Of a DNA stretch of 64,000 bases, positions 11,292 to 22,466 are shown one piece after another. The notes beneath the pieces were generated by a model, which was given only the letters and a program-made list of their open reading frames with translations, was not told the DNA's origin and searched no databases. Positions within the stretch are counted from its first letter, which is position 1, and each line of letters starts with the position of its first letter. The translations under genes and the position numbers were made by a program. The DNA is from a virus (lineage: Duplodnaviria; Caudoviricetes). The stretch is from positions 96,001 to 160,000 of IMG/VR virus record IMGVR_UViG_3300033073_001153. One strand, 5' to 3'.

Positions 11292-11582
11292 CTATTTGAA
11301 AATTTCGTTCTTTACAAGAGCAACTGCCTCTGAAGTAAAACCACCAATGTGCCAGTTGTAATTTTCATCTGGTGCTGGATCATTTCCGTAGTTTTTCCAG
11401 TTGTAAATTGTCGCGACAGTGTTGCAAGGAAATTTCAAACACCATTCAGTGGTAACTTTTTCGTACTCGGATGGCGGGTCGTTCAGACAAGGTTGTCCGA
11501 AAACTTCAACCAATTTGTTGTAGGTTGTAGTAACATAACCTTTCAAAGAGGTTCCGTTGATGTTGGAGGTGCGTTTGATCAT
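11292..11582 (-). CDS. hypothetical protein (start revised to MIKRTS, leaderless)
   Basis: Promoter 11589-11616 inside the ORF call; ATG 7 nt after the -10 box. Confidence 0.7.
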   Translation of the reverse strand: MIKRTSNINGTSLKGYVTTTYNKLVEVFGQPCLNDPPSEYEKVTTEWCLKFPCNTVATIYNWKNYGNDPAPDENYNWHIGGFTSEAVALVKNEIFK

Positions 11583-12653
11583 AGTACTGTATCGGTCAAT
11601 TGTTCGTGGTTCTTTAGAATTATTTCGCAATAAGAGCAAAATATTCTTCGTCTGTCATAAGCATGTCGGAATCTACGTCCAAGTAGGCATGTTTATGTTG
11701 TTTCGGATTGTAACAATAGAGAATCCTTTTGTTTCTGACAACAAAAATCTCTTCGGTTCCGCCGCACGCTGGAACCCATGCGTCCAGCTTCATTGAAGCC
11801 GCCCTGTTGTACTCTGCCTGTGATTTGGTCATGCCTAGTAATCGGCAGAATCTAAAAATTCTTTAGAAATTTTTTAAAATTCTTCTCCGCCACGGAAGGC
11901 AAAGCGGTTCCGGCTGCGAAAAATTCCAGCGGCATCACCTTTTCGGAAAATTCCGATATCGGAAAGTGCTGGTCGCATGAGTGCTTTTTCAAAGGCTAAA
12001 AGCATAGCATCTAAAGTTTCTGGTTTAATTAAATTATCATCAGAAGAAATATTAGAAATGCGTATTCTAGACATATTTCTAGCATCTAAATTAGCAGACG
12101 GAGAAACACCATCGTAATAACCACAAATGCAATCATGTACTATATCTCCGTCTACATCTAAACCAATTCTGAACCCAGCCGCTGCATGATATAACAAATC
12201 TCTATTAAAGAAATAAACATTTTTAGTAGGAATATGAACAATGAATCCAACATCATTATCTTCGCCTACCATTGTGCTACGTTCTTTTGGGCCAGCATTT
12301 CTAATAATACTACCAGAACCTCTATTATTATTAAAATCAATGACTCGATCAGGAGAAACAGATTCTATCAAATATTCGGCATATGAATCATAAGATAAAT
12401 CTGATATATTAATTTCTATCATATAAATTTATTTATGATTAATCTGAATCAATAGGTTCGTCACAATCGTAACATTCAAAAATATCTTTCCTATATTTTG
12501 ATAATTCTTTTTCTTCGCATTTGTGACAAACTTCACAAAGATAAATTCCATACCCATCAAAAATAGGATATGAGAATTCTCCGCTACCGCAATGACATTC
12601 GTTATTCATAGTGTTAAGTTTCTTATTTTGTTGAAATTCTGATAAATATATGA

Positions 12654-13022
12654 ATGGAACCACAAACACCATTAAATCTTAAACAATATGGAATAGACGT
12701 TGGTTTATTGATTTCCGGTCTTTTTGGTTCGATTTTACTAACAAGTAAATCCGGAGCATTAAATCTTACTAGAACAATTTCATCTTTAATAGGAGGAGCG
12801 GCATCTGCCAATTACATAACTCCAGTTATTATTAGTATAACAAAACTAGAAAACATGAACTTTCAATACAGCATTGCTTTTATTCTGGGTTATCTAGGGC
12901 TCCGATCTGTAGACTATTTGGGCGATAAAGTATTATCAAGCTTTAATATACCACAAGAAGAATTTCAATCAACATCAAAACGTAATCTAGCAAAACGTTC
13001 TCGATTAAATGCTAAAAAATAA
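12654..13022 (+). CDS. putative holin (3 TM segments, basic C-tail)
   Basis: Three hydrophobic helices, AFILGYLGL motif, charged tail, TAAATA upstream. Confidence 0.55.
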   Translation: MEPQTPLNLKQYGIDVGLLISGLFGSILLTSKSGALNLTRTISSLIGGAASANYITPVIISITKLENMNFQYSIAFILGYLGLRSVDYLGDKVLSSFNIPQEEFQSTSKRNLAKRSRLNAKK

Positions 13023-13103
13023 ATACTTGAGCTTCATTTGAAATAATTTACATTGCTTAAGATGTTTTTACAATAAAAATGAAGCCCAAGCAATAAATAT
13101 TTA

Positions 13104-14105
13104 TTGCTTAAGATGAATATTACAAGTACAAATAATACGGAAGAACTATTTTTAAAAGAAAAGAAAAAAATTTACAATAAGGCTTACAAAGAAGCCAATA
13201 AAGAAAAATTAAAAGAAAAAAGAAAATTATATAATGAATCTAATAGAGAAAAGAGGAGGGCTTATAAAGAAGCCAACAAAGAAAAAATAAAACAACAAAA
13301 TAAAGCATACAGAGAAGCTAATAAAGAAAAAATAAAAGCATATTTAGAAGCTAATCGAGAAATATTAAAACAGAAACAAAAAACATACAGAGAATCTAAT
13401 AAACAAAAAATAAAAGAATCAAAGAAATCATATTACGAAAATAACAAGCAAAAAAACAAATTTAAATACAAAGCATATTACGAAAATAATAAAGAAAAAA
13501 TAAAAGAACGAGGGAAGAAATATCGAAATAACAATAAAAACGAATTAAAAGTTCGTAAAAAAAAATATTACGAAGCTAACAAAGAAAAGGTATTAAAAAC
13601 AACAATTTCTTACTATAGAAATAATAAAAAAAGAATGTTAGAAAAGCAAAAGTGTTATTATCATATTAATAAAGAGAAAATAAAAGAACGTTGTAAAAAT
13701 TATTACAAAAATAATAAAAAAACGTATTTATATCAAAAAAATTCTAAACACAAAATTAGGATGAAAACTGATCTTCTATATGCTGTTAAATTTAAATTGA
13801 GATCAGCAGTGATTAGATCCTTTAAACGTATTTCTAAGAATAAACCAACAAATACATTAAATTTATTAAAATGCACATGGCAAGAAGCTAAATGTCACAT
13901 AGAATCATTATTTAAAGAAGGAATGACATGGGATAATCATGGAGAGTGGCATATAGATCACATACGTCCGATATCTAGTTTTGAGGAACATGAATTAGAC
14001 AAGATGAATCATATAAATAATTTACAACCCTTATGGGCCGCTGATAATTTATCAAAAGGAAATAAATATATAAAACTAGAAGAAACCGCAAACGTAAATA
14101 ATTAA
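13104..14105 (+). CDS. HNH homing endonuclease with N-terminal KAY(R/K)EANKEKIK repeats
   Basis: GMTWDNHGEWHIDHIRP...NLQPLWAADNLSKG HNH core. Confidence 0.85.
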   Translation: MLKMNITSTNNTEELFLKEKKKIYNKAYKEANKEKLKEKRKLYNESNREKRRAYKEANKEKIKQQNKAYREANKEKIKAYLEANREILKQKQKTYRESNKQKIKESKKSYYENNKQKNKFKYKAYYENNKEKIKERGKKYRNNNKNELKVRKKKYYEANKEKVLKTTISYYRNNKKRMLEKQKCYYHINKEKIKERCKNYYKNNKKTYLYQKNSKHKIRMKTDLLYAVKFKLRSAVIRSFKRISKNKPTNTLNLLKCTWQEAKCHIESLFKEGMTWDNHGEWHIDHIRPISSFEEHELDKMNHINNLQPLWAADNLSKGNKYIKLEETANVNN

Positions 14106-14108
14106 ACA

Positions 14109-14468
14109 ATGCAAGAAATCAACATTTTTACTATTATCAATGCAATCTCAAATTGTACTATTGCAATGTCCGCTATGGGATTATTAATTCATATTTTCGG
14201 AGATCCCGATAATTTTATATGGAACAATAAATTACAGGCATGGTTAGCTAAGTTTGGTTTAACTGTAATAATTTGCGGAGCCATAAGCAATGTTCTCACA
14301 CTGAATACCCCTGCAAAAACAGAAATTGTTTTAAACTGTGGAATGTCAATTACGTTTTTCTGGCTATCTCTCTGGCAATATGAACAGTTCAGAGAAAAGG
14401 TAAATCAATCTAAAAAATATACTTCCAGAAGAAAGAAAAAGCCTGTTACTCGTGCTTCGAAAAGCTAA
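14109..14468 (+). CDS. membrane protein (3 TM), possible lysis accessory
   Basis: Hydrophobic helices plus basic tail; TAAATA upstream. Confidence 0.6.
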   Translation: MQEINIFTIINAISNCTIAMSAMGLLIHIFGDPDNFIWNNKLQAWLAKFGLTVIICGAISNVLTLNTPAKTEIVLNCGMSITFFWLSLWQYEQFREKVNQSKKYTSRRKKKPVTRASKS

Positions 14469-15299
14469 TCTCCTCGATTCTTTAATCTGATCATAACATC
14501 TTTAGCATCTTCTAAAACTTCTGCAAGAATTTGTTTGCAGTATTCCATCCATTCTTCTTCGGTAATTAAACCATTCTGAAGTTTAGATAAAGTTTCTTTA
14601 TATTCAATAATTCTAGCTTGTTCCATTATTTCAGTTTTCTTGCTAAGAATGATCTTAGTTTGTTTTTATTTGTTACTTTGAAAGTGTAACAATAATAATC
14701 GCTCATTACCATCAATCTTTGGTTTTCTTCAGAAGAACCAATCACCGGATTGAAACCCCATGTTTTAAGATATTCTTTCTGTCGGTTCGTAGTAATATCA
14801 ATCTTGCGATTATATCGGTGAATAGGATCGTGTTTATTTAAGACGTGTGCGGAAACATCATTCCAAACTAATTTAATAAAGAAATCAACTCCAATAAACA
14901 ATTTAGTTTTATCTTCTGCCAAGAAAAGATTAGGAACTAATTCAGTTAGATTTTTATGTTGATTCTTGATTCGCTGAATCGGAATCATTTTATAATCATT
15001 AATATCGAAGTTATATTTGTAGTCCATATTTAAGTAAATAGTTTTATGGAAAAATCATTCGAAGAATTTATGCGGGAGTTTGAGGAAAAAGGAAAAGAAT
15101 ATAGAAGAGAGATGGAGATTAAAAGGAAAAAAGAACTTGCTCGAAAGAAATTAGAACAGGGAACTCCAGAATTACCAGAGAGAGAAGGAAGAATTTACGA
15201 TTCTAGAAATGACGAAGACCGACAAGAAGCATTAAACAAACTTAAAAAAGTTAAAAACACTATAAGTGATATTCGTCAATTAAAACAGTACGAAAGGTA

Positions 15300-15332
15300 A
15301 ACCAGTGGCGGATTATAATTTCCGCCACTGGT
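15300..15332. terminator. bidirectional intrinsic terminator
   Basis: AACCAGTGGCGG / CCGCCACTGGTT between convergent ORFs. Confidence 0.7.
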
Positions 15333-15723
15333 TATAGAATCTATTAAATTTGTTCGTTATTCTTGGACTTCCGGCTTGATCCACCGATCTTGTTTTTCTT
15401 GATGAAATTAACAACATTTGGATAAGAAACTTTTACTCCATTCTGATTAAAGAATTCGGTAATGTTCCTGACCGTCAAACGACGAGCATTACGGAGATAC
15501 CGCACAGTATCGAGATGAGGTTGGAGAACCGAAACACGTCCACGGCGAATTGTCGGCTTCCACGTTTTTGCAGCATCCATGATAGTAACATGAGAGGCAG
15601 CATTGATCTTTTCCTGCTTAACGGACTTGATGGTTTTGATGGTGTTCATTTTATTTTTTGGTTTTTGGCTTGGTTGTTTGGGTTTCACTGACATCTATAT
15701 AATCGGTAGGTTCCGAAAAAAGT

Positions 15724-16062
15724 TTAGTTAATTTTTTCCAAAGTTACACGGGAAATTCCACTCTTGACAATTCCTAGTCTCCGTGCAGCGACTAGGTTAA
15801 GATCTACAATACGGTTTTTAGTATATGGGCCACGATCCTCCACAACAGCCACAACCGTCTTTTTTGTGCGGTGACTGGTGATTTTGACCCTAGTGCCCAT
15901 AGGCAGGGTTTTATGAGCAACAGCAGGCAGGTGACGAACGAGTGGTTTTCCAGTAGCGGAACGAGTGTTTTCCGACCCGTACCAAGAAGCGACACCTTCT
16001 TGTTTATAGTTTGCTTCAGATACCGTAGGAATCAACATTAGGAAAAATAGGATTTTCTTCAT
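15724..16062 (-). CDS. rlpA: RlpA-like double-psi beta-barrel lytic transglycosylase with signal peptide
   Basis: GVASWYG, AHKTLPMGT, VEDRGPY, RIVDL motifs. Confidence 0.85.
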   Translation of the reverse strand: MKKILFFLMLIPTVSEANYKQEGVASWYGSENTRSATGKPLVRHLPAVAHKTLPMGTRVKITSHRTKKTVVAVVEDRGPYTKNRIVDLNLVAARRLGIVKSGISRVTLEKIN

Positions 16063-16502
16063 AACAAGATATCGGCGGAATTTTAGAAAACTTTAGAAAT
16101 TAATTCACTGGCTTCAGAACTTGGACGGCTTCGAACGATTCAGTAAAATCTGCATTTGTCAACGGAAAAACTTCTTCGAGTTTTTCGGTGACTTTTTTGC
16201 GTTTAAACTTACTTTGTGCTTTAGGAAACGGATTGACGATTGGATCGGGATTTTTAGTTAACCAATCGTCCAATACATTTACAAAGCTAATACATTCTTC
16301 TACGACCCATCGTCTAAACTGTTTTGGATTTCGAATCAATCCTTTTTTGTGCGCTTTTGCCATTAGCTTAGACATTCCCAAGATTCCGTGTTTCTTTTGA
16401 ATAATAGAATAAACGGTTTCTTGTGCTAATGTTTTCAACGGAGTAGCACACGGACTTTTAGGACGATGATATTTTTTACTCATAGATTAATAGTTACTAT
16501 AA

Positions 16503-16955
16503 TCAAATGTTTTCTTCGTTGTCAACGTTTTCCCAACGCGATCTCATACGTTCCAACGCATCATCTGGAACACCATGAACATTCTTATAATTTCCGGTTG
16601 CTTTCTTAATGATAATCTCCGCTCCATAATTTTTACCCAACTGAATATAAGGATCAATCTCCCACTTTTGGGTAAACGTATTCGAAACAATTACCGATTT
16701 TCCAAACATCAAATCAATCTCAGTTTGCTTTTTGCACCATTCATGTGCATCTTTGAGTTTCTTTGGATCAAAATGATATTCACCATTATTATTATAAAAA
16801 TACATATCTGCCTCATAATGAGAAAGAGATGGATCTTCTTTCATCAACTGTTTAGCATAAGTTGTTTTCCCAGATCCAGAAATTCCACGAATGAGAATCA
16901 ATTTTTGTGAATGATTTTCTTCTAACAATTCGCCAACCAAATCATCAAATTTCAT
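16503..16955 (-). CDS. AAA_33 / polynucleotide-kinase-like P-loop protein
   Basis: LIRGISGSGKTT, EADMYF, VIVSNTF, NVHGVP; N-terminal MKFDDLVGELLEE. Confidence 0.8.
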   Translation of the reverse strand: MKFDDLVGELLEENHSQKLILIRGISGSGKTTYAKQLMKEDPSLSHYEADMYFYNNNGEYHFDPKKLKDAHEWCKKQTEIDLMFGKSVIVSNTFTQKWEIDPYIQLGKNYGAEIIIKKATGNYKNVHGVPDDALERMRSRWENVDNEENI

Positions 16956-17400
16956 AAGTTTTATATTCTAATTTAAATTTCGAATCATACAAACCATTTG
17001 AATATTTCTCGCAACAAAAAGAGCAAGAAAGTTTATTGTTGTAAGGTAATTCGTTGCGTGTGTGATGATAACCACAAGATCCACAGATTGCCAGATATTT
17101 TTCAGAAATATTTGCTCCGTGAATTTCACCGGAACAACCGATTTCTCTTGCAACTCTTTTCCATTTTGTTCCGTGTTTAGATTCGTAACCACAAATGGCA
17201 TGAGCCACTTCGTGTAGTATTGTATCTAAAATATATTCATGGCTACATCTTGAAAGATAATGCGAAAGTTCTATGGTTTTATAGGAATGTCTACAAATGC
17301 CAGACCATTCATTATGTCTTGTGTTTATATTACACTTCCAATCATTTAAACCATATTTTGTTAATATATCTTGGCAAAGATTTTTATATTCAATCAACAT
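16945..17400 (-). CDS. SprT-like zinc metalloprotease
   Basis: LHEVAH...HGTKWK plus C-terminal CxxC pairs. Confidence 0.8.
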   Translation of the reverse strand: MLIEYKNLCQDILTKYGLNDWKCNINTRHNEWSGICRHSYKTIELSHYLSRCSHEYILDTILHEVAHAICGYESKHGTKWKRVAREIGCSGEIHGANISEKYLAICGSCGYHHTRNELPYNNKLSCSFCCEKYSNGLYDSKFKLEYKTYEI

Positions 17401-18404
17401 TAAATTTCGAACGGAACGATGTTGGATTTGGAAATGAATCTAGGCTGATCATATTCGACAAAATCCTGTTCAAGTTCACAAGAATAACCCAATTCACTGA
17501 GTGCTTCGAAACAAGCACGATGGTACATATATTCCATGAATTGATATACTGATTTACCGGATTCTTTTTCAATCAATACATATTCATGTACATTACCATC
17601 ATCAGTGTTGTGATTCAAACGATAACCAATTTCATTTAGTGCTCTTTCGAAAGGATTATCCAATTCTTCTTGAGAAGAGAACTTATATCTTTCGCGTGGA
17701 TCTAGATCGTTTGTGATAATATAGGTATTCATAGTTATTTATTTTCCAAAAACAAGTCTGTTGTATTCTCTGTTTGCTGCTCTTTCGTCTAATTTTTCCA
17801 AGTGATCAAATGCTGCTGATTCTTTAGAGGCTTCGTCAAGAAGAAAGTTATAAACGTCTTCGTATTTGTCTGCCACTTCGTTGTAATCGTCGGACTCCTC
17901 ATCGACTCCTTCCATCCATCCATCTGGAAGTCTGACACAAAGAGTTCCGTCCATTTTTGCTTCAGCAAGACCAAAGTCTTTCATATAAGACAGTAACTCT
18001 TTATGTGAAATATGTTGGTAGTATATTTCTTCCATCTGATATTCCCAATCATGGGATTGGATTTTAGATTCGATTTTATTCAACAATTCCAAACACTTTT
18101 GTTTATTCATAATTGTGTTTTAATTAAGCAACTGGGCAAAAGATTCGTCCAACATAAATGTTATCTTCATACACCGGAAAAGATCCGTCTGGATTTGGAT
18201 CTTGGTTATCATAATAATAACCGTCTTTAAGAAAGACATCTTCCAACTCTTTTCCAAAAATAGGAGGATCGTTATATACTCCTTCTTCGTTACATGTTCT
18301 AAAAAAGGCAAACACGTTTTCGGAAAACATAACGTCACGGTAGAGAATGATGTTCTTGGTCATACTAAGTAATCGGTAGTTTCTGGACTTTCTTTAGCAG
18401 TTTT

Positions 18405-19157
18405 TTAAATTAAATGCGTATCGATGATGTTCCGCTTTCCGTTCTCGTCGATCTCTAACAATTCCGACATATACACCCTCGCACCGCTTGTGTCAACATT
18501 TGTGATGGACGATTTTGTATTGTCATCCTCGATGGTAGTGATCCGGTAAATTGGAGTGTGTCCGACAACTTGACGCATACCACTAATCAATTCTAAATCA
18601 TGCCAATCTTCCCAAAGAATTGAACCTACTGGACTTATACCACCTCTTTTGTGCGAAGCTGCCCAAATAGCATTATCAGTTGAATCACGAATTTTTAATT
18701 TTTCAATAGAATGATCAATAATTCTTTGAACATTTTCAATCGTTATACCTTCTTTTAATGGATGCTGAAACCAATACTTTGTAATACCAGCATGTGAAAA
18801 CCAATAGCCATTTTCAAAATGAAAGTATTTAAGTTTATTCCAATCTTCTATTGTCAATACTTCATTAATACTAGTTTTTTTTGCCGTAGAAAATCCACTA
18901 CACATTGCAGTAAAATGTGGATGGTAGTGCAGCGTATGATTTCCGTATAGATATACCCAATCTGGAAATTCATTCATTGTCTTTTTCATAAAAGCGGCCA
19001 TCGCAGCATTTATTTCAGGAGTGTCTCCAAATTGATCATACTCGTCACCTATAAAAATAAATTTATGAGTTTTATAAAACTTATCAATAATTCTTTGAAC
19101 TTTTTCAAAGTGTGTATGTTGATCTGGTATTATTAATAATTTTTGTTCGTACTTCAT
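18405..19157 (-). CDS. calcineurin-like metallophosphoesterase
   Basis: DQH, GDEYD, GNH, SHAG, GHT motifs. Confidence 0.85.
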   Translation of the reverse strand: MKYEQKLLIIPDQHTHFEKVQRIIDKFYKTHKFIFIGDEYDQFGDTPEINAAMAAFMKKTMNEFPDWVYLYGNHTLHYHPHFTAMCSGFSTAKKTSINEVLTIEDWNKLKYFHFENGYWFSHAGITKYWFQHPLKEGITIENVQRIIDHSIEKLKIRDSTDNAIWAASHKRGGISPVGSILWEDWHDLELISGMRQVVGHTPIYRITTIEDDNTKSSITNVDTSGARVYMSELLEIDENGKRNIIDTHLI

Positions 19158-19186
19158 AAATTTAGAAATAAATGATAAATATTTGT

Positions 19187-19433
19187 ATGAAAAAATTTAA
19201 AGGAATTATTCATACTGACTATCACAGTAGTATAGTAGAAAGATATTGTAAAGGAGAATCTTCCGTAAAAAATTGCTAAAGATTTTAATGTTTGTTATCA
19301 AACAATTTTAAAAATAATAAGATTTTACAAAAAACCTGTTAAAACCGGAGGTTTTTATAGCAAACGATTTAATTTTGATGATAATTTTTTTGAAAATATC
19401 GATACCGAAGAAAAAGCTTATCAACAAAAATAA
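19187..19433 (+). pseudogene. frameshifted, truncated LAGLIDADG-type homing endonuclease remnant
   Basis: Removing one A from the A6 run at about 19267-19272 joins MKKFKG..SSVK to IAKDFNV..FFENIDTEEKAY, the usual lead-in to phage LAGLIDADG domains; stops immediately after. Confidence 0.6.
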
Positions 19434-19447
19434 TTATATAGTTATTA

Positions 19448-19924
19448 CTAATTGACCTTGTAAATGAAACTATATTCGCTATTATATTTTCCGTTGTTAA
19501 ATTTACGACAGCACCTTGAACATGCTGTATTTGCTCTACGATTAGTTTGAAATGTGTACTCGCAATTACGACAAATTGCCGTGTATTTGTACGGAGCATT
19601 CATAACACCGCACCGTTCGCCATTACAACCAATTTCGATTGCTTTAGAACGCCACACATTGTTGTGTTGGTGCCGACATCCTACGATAGCATGAGCGATT
19701 TCGTGTAGTAAAGTGTTTTTAACAGCTTCAAACGGACTGTTATTCACATGCCAGATACTCAATTCAATAGATTTGTTATATTCTTTACAAACGCCCAGTC
19801 TTGAGCGGTTGTCGTTGAAATAAAACTGCCATCCTTTTTCCAGCAGATTGTATTCATGCATCAGTTCGTAAGCCATCTTACGAATGACCAGTTGAGTGAC
19901 AGTAGAGGTGGCTTGTGTTCTCAT
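19448..19924 (-). CDS. SprT-like zinc metalloprotease (paralog of 16945-17400)
   Basis: LHEIAH...HNNVWR, CxxC pairs. Confidence 0.8.
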   Translation of the reverse strand: MRTQATSTVTQLVIRKMAYELMHEYNLLEKGWQFYFNDNRSRLGVCKEYNKSIELSIWHVNNSPFEAVKNTLLHEIAHAIVGCRHQHNNVWRSKAIEIGCNGERCGVMNAPYKYTAICRNCEYTFQTNRRANTACSRCCRKFNNGKYNSEYSFIYKVN

Positions 19925-20707
19925 GGTAGTTCAATGTCCTACCTATCTATCGGCAAAACCGGAGAATCTCTTTAGCAAATTTTTGAGATTCTCCGGTTTT
20001 TTAGTTTCTTATTTTTCTTTCAATTTGCACCAAGTACACCGTCTTCCTTCTTCACCCTCGTGATAGGAAAAAACTCCAATACTACAACTTTGACAATGTC
20101 GAGCCATTTCGGGAGTTTGTCCTTCAATCGTTGAAGCATAATTAGCTTCGTAACTTTTCGGAACATTCCTTGGACATTCAGTAATAATATTAGAATCATC
20201 CTTTGAATTAAGAATAACTGTTGGATATTCCTGTTTATTCTTCACTACACTTTTTTCTTGTACTCCAAACAATGCAGCACTAACTCCAATCAAACAACTT
20301 ATTAGAACTAACTTTTTCATTATTATTTTGCGTTTTTGTTTTTCAAAAATTCAGCCCATTTAATAATAGTTTCTCGATCAAACTTGCGAGCACTTTCCCA
20401 CTCATTAAGTTTTTTCAAAAAATTAGTAGCTTCTTCGAGCGTCATTTGTTCCGGTTTTTCTTTTTCTTTTTTCATTTAACCTTGTTCAATTTCAAGTGCT
20501 TTGACTCGATTAGATACTTTGTTCAAGGTTCCAGTAATAGCAATTCCCAATTCAGTCTTATCTTGTTCACGCGTGAGAACTTCTACGATATAACGTACCT
20601 GTTCCATTGCGGAATGATAACCAATCCTGTATTGTTCGGTTTGTTCGACTTCGATGTTATTGTTCATAATGGTTAATTTAATGAATTAGTTTTGTTTTTT
20701 GGTTAAA

Positions 20708-20742
20708 AAGGGAAGGGAACTTTTTATCATTCCCTTCCCTTT
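20708..20742 (-). terminator. intrinsic terminator after DUF932 gene
   Basis: AAGGGAAGGGAA / TTCCCTTCCCTT hairpin with T-tract on - strand. Confidence 0.6.
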
Positions 20743-20752
20743 AAGGGGGAAT

Positions 20753-21766
20753 TTAGTTGAGAAGCAAATCCATTGCCTGTTGCTTCATTCGAGCACCTGC
20801 CCCAAGAATTGATCGTTCGAAACGTGCTTCAGCTTCGATAGAAATTCCTTCGTCAGAACGATTCTTACGAGCCTCCGTAAGGCGACCACCTTGATGATGA
20901 TCTACATATTCGGTAACCGCATTGAATAGATCCCATTTAGTACGACCATTGTTTCCCTTACCAGAAGTAAACAATGTGGCGATGTCATTACGACGATTGC
21001 TTGTACGAGTGGAGATTCTTCCTGTTTCTGGATTCAATTCGGCAGGAATTAGCGTATTTACAAATCCTTCAACATAAGACTTTGTAACTTCTTCTTCAGC
21101 AAGCTTATTCATTACAATTTGAAGATCATCGTAGAATGCGTTTGCAAATCCAAGAACTTTCGCAGCTTCATTCTTCTTTTCTGCAAAGTTTTTACGATGA
21201 TAAATCTTGAAACAATTTGTGTGGTTTCTAAGAGCTGCATTAAAAGTATTTTGGCATACGCACCTTACAGGCGTAATACAACCTGTCAATGCCTTTGATC
21301 CATCGTGACTTGTAAAGAACAAAACTTTCTTAACAGTCGTGTCATCTGGATTAGAATTTAGAAACAACTTTCCTTCCAACTCAGCCTGCATGAATACCAT
21401 ACGACCACCCTTCAACGATCCAGCAGTATCCCAAACTGCCTTACCAGAACCGATAATTTCATCGAAGAAACTAAATGCTTCGAGATTTTGGATCGGAGTG
21501 TAGCGAGCACTCATAATGGACAACGGATTGTAATTGTCTTTGCGACGAACAAGGAACTGATCCGGAACTTCCATCAGTTCATTGTCCAAAGGATTCTGGT
21601 GATACACCGGAACCTGCTCGACTTCCCAATCGAGAAGTGCTTCCTTGATTGCCTCCTCTGCCGTCAACTGACGATCAGAGAGTTGACCGAGTTGATGCCA
21701 TCCGCGAGTAACTGCTGAAAAGAATTCAGTACGTCCGTCTTCGCGTTGTGTGAGTTCGTGTGCCAT
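20753..21766 (-). CDS. DUF932 family phage/plasmid protein
   Basis: MAHEL..., WHQLG, TAGSLKGG, SHDGS, TPVRCVCQNT, WDLFNAVTEYVDH; start revised to ATG 21766. Confidence 0.85.
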   Translation of the reverse strand: MAHELTQREDGRTEFFSAVTRGWHQLGQLSDRQLTAEEAIKEALLDWEVEQVPVYHQNPLDNELMEVPDQFLVRRKDNYNPLSIMSARYTPIQNLEAFSFFDEIIGSGKAVWDTAGSLKGGRMVFMQAELEGKLFLNSNPDDTTVKKVLFFTSHDGSKALTGCITPVRCVCQNTFNAALRNHTNCFKIYHRKNFAEKKNEAAKVLGFANAFYDDLQIVMNKLAEEEVTKSYVEGFVNTLIPAELNPETGRISTRTSNRRNDIATLFTSGKGNNGRTKWDLFNAVTEYVDHHQGGRLTEARKNRSDEGISIEAEARFERSILGAGARMKQQAMDLLLN

Positions 21767-22438
21767 AACTTGCTTTCTGTTTTTGTTTGTTTTTGGTTTT
21801 TGTTTTCTGCGAACCAGATTCACTGGCGTATCTAGTAATCGGCATTTTCTTGACCGACTTTAGTTTTTTTTTCCTTTTTCTTTCTCCGTCTGGTTTTTCA
21901 GAGGAGAATTTCGAAGGTGTTAGGACTGTACTACAGCTTTTTGCGTTTGTCTACAACTTTTTTTGGATTCTGTTTCTTTTTTGTTTCGAAGAAACTCCAG
22001 TCCACCGGAGTTGGTGGTTCTTGTGCAAGAAAATTGATAAGTTGTATACAGTTCTTATCTGTTTTTTCTTTTTCGTTTGTAGTTAAAATTTCTTTTTCTA
22101 CTTTTTCGATTGTAGAAATAGAATTTACCATCTTGTATTTAGTTAAATATCTTTAAATTTCGGGTTCCAACATAAATACCATTCATCATCAAGTGGTAAT
22201 ATTCCAATAATATCACCATTATTAGTATCATGTAAAAAACTAAACTTATTCATAGACATTTTGCTTACATTATAAATGCCTAATTTATCATAGAATGATA
22301 ATTTTAAAGTACTATCTTTAATAATAAGATCTACCTTTATATGTTTTTGCAAAACAATACCAAACTTTACAATTAATCCATCTTTTGTTAGATTAATATT
22401 ATTATAATTTGATATATTATACATTATTAATAATTAAT

Positions 22439-22466
22439 ATTATAACATTAATTTTCTACTTGTCAA
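22439..22466 (-). promoter_or_regulatory. sigma70-type promoter TTGACA...TATAAT
   Basis: Near-consensus hexamers; similar sites with TTGACA at about 29382, 38350, 42255, 45507 and TAGACA at about 4258 and 5038. Confidence 0.65.
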
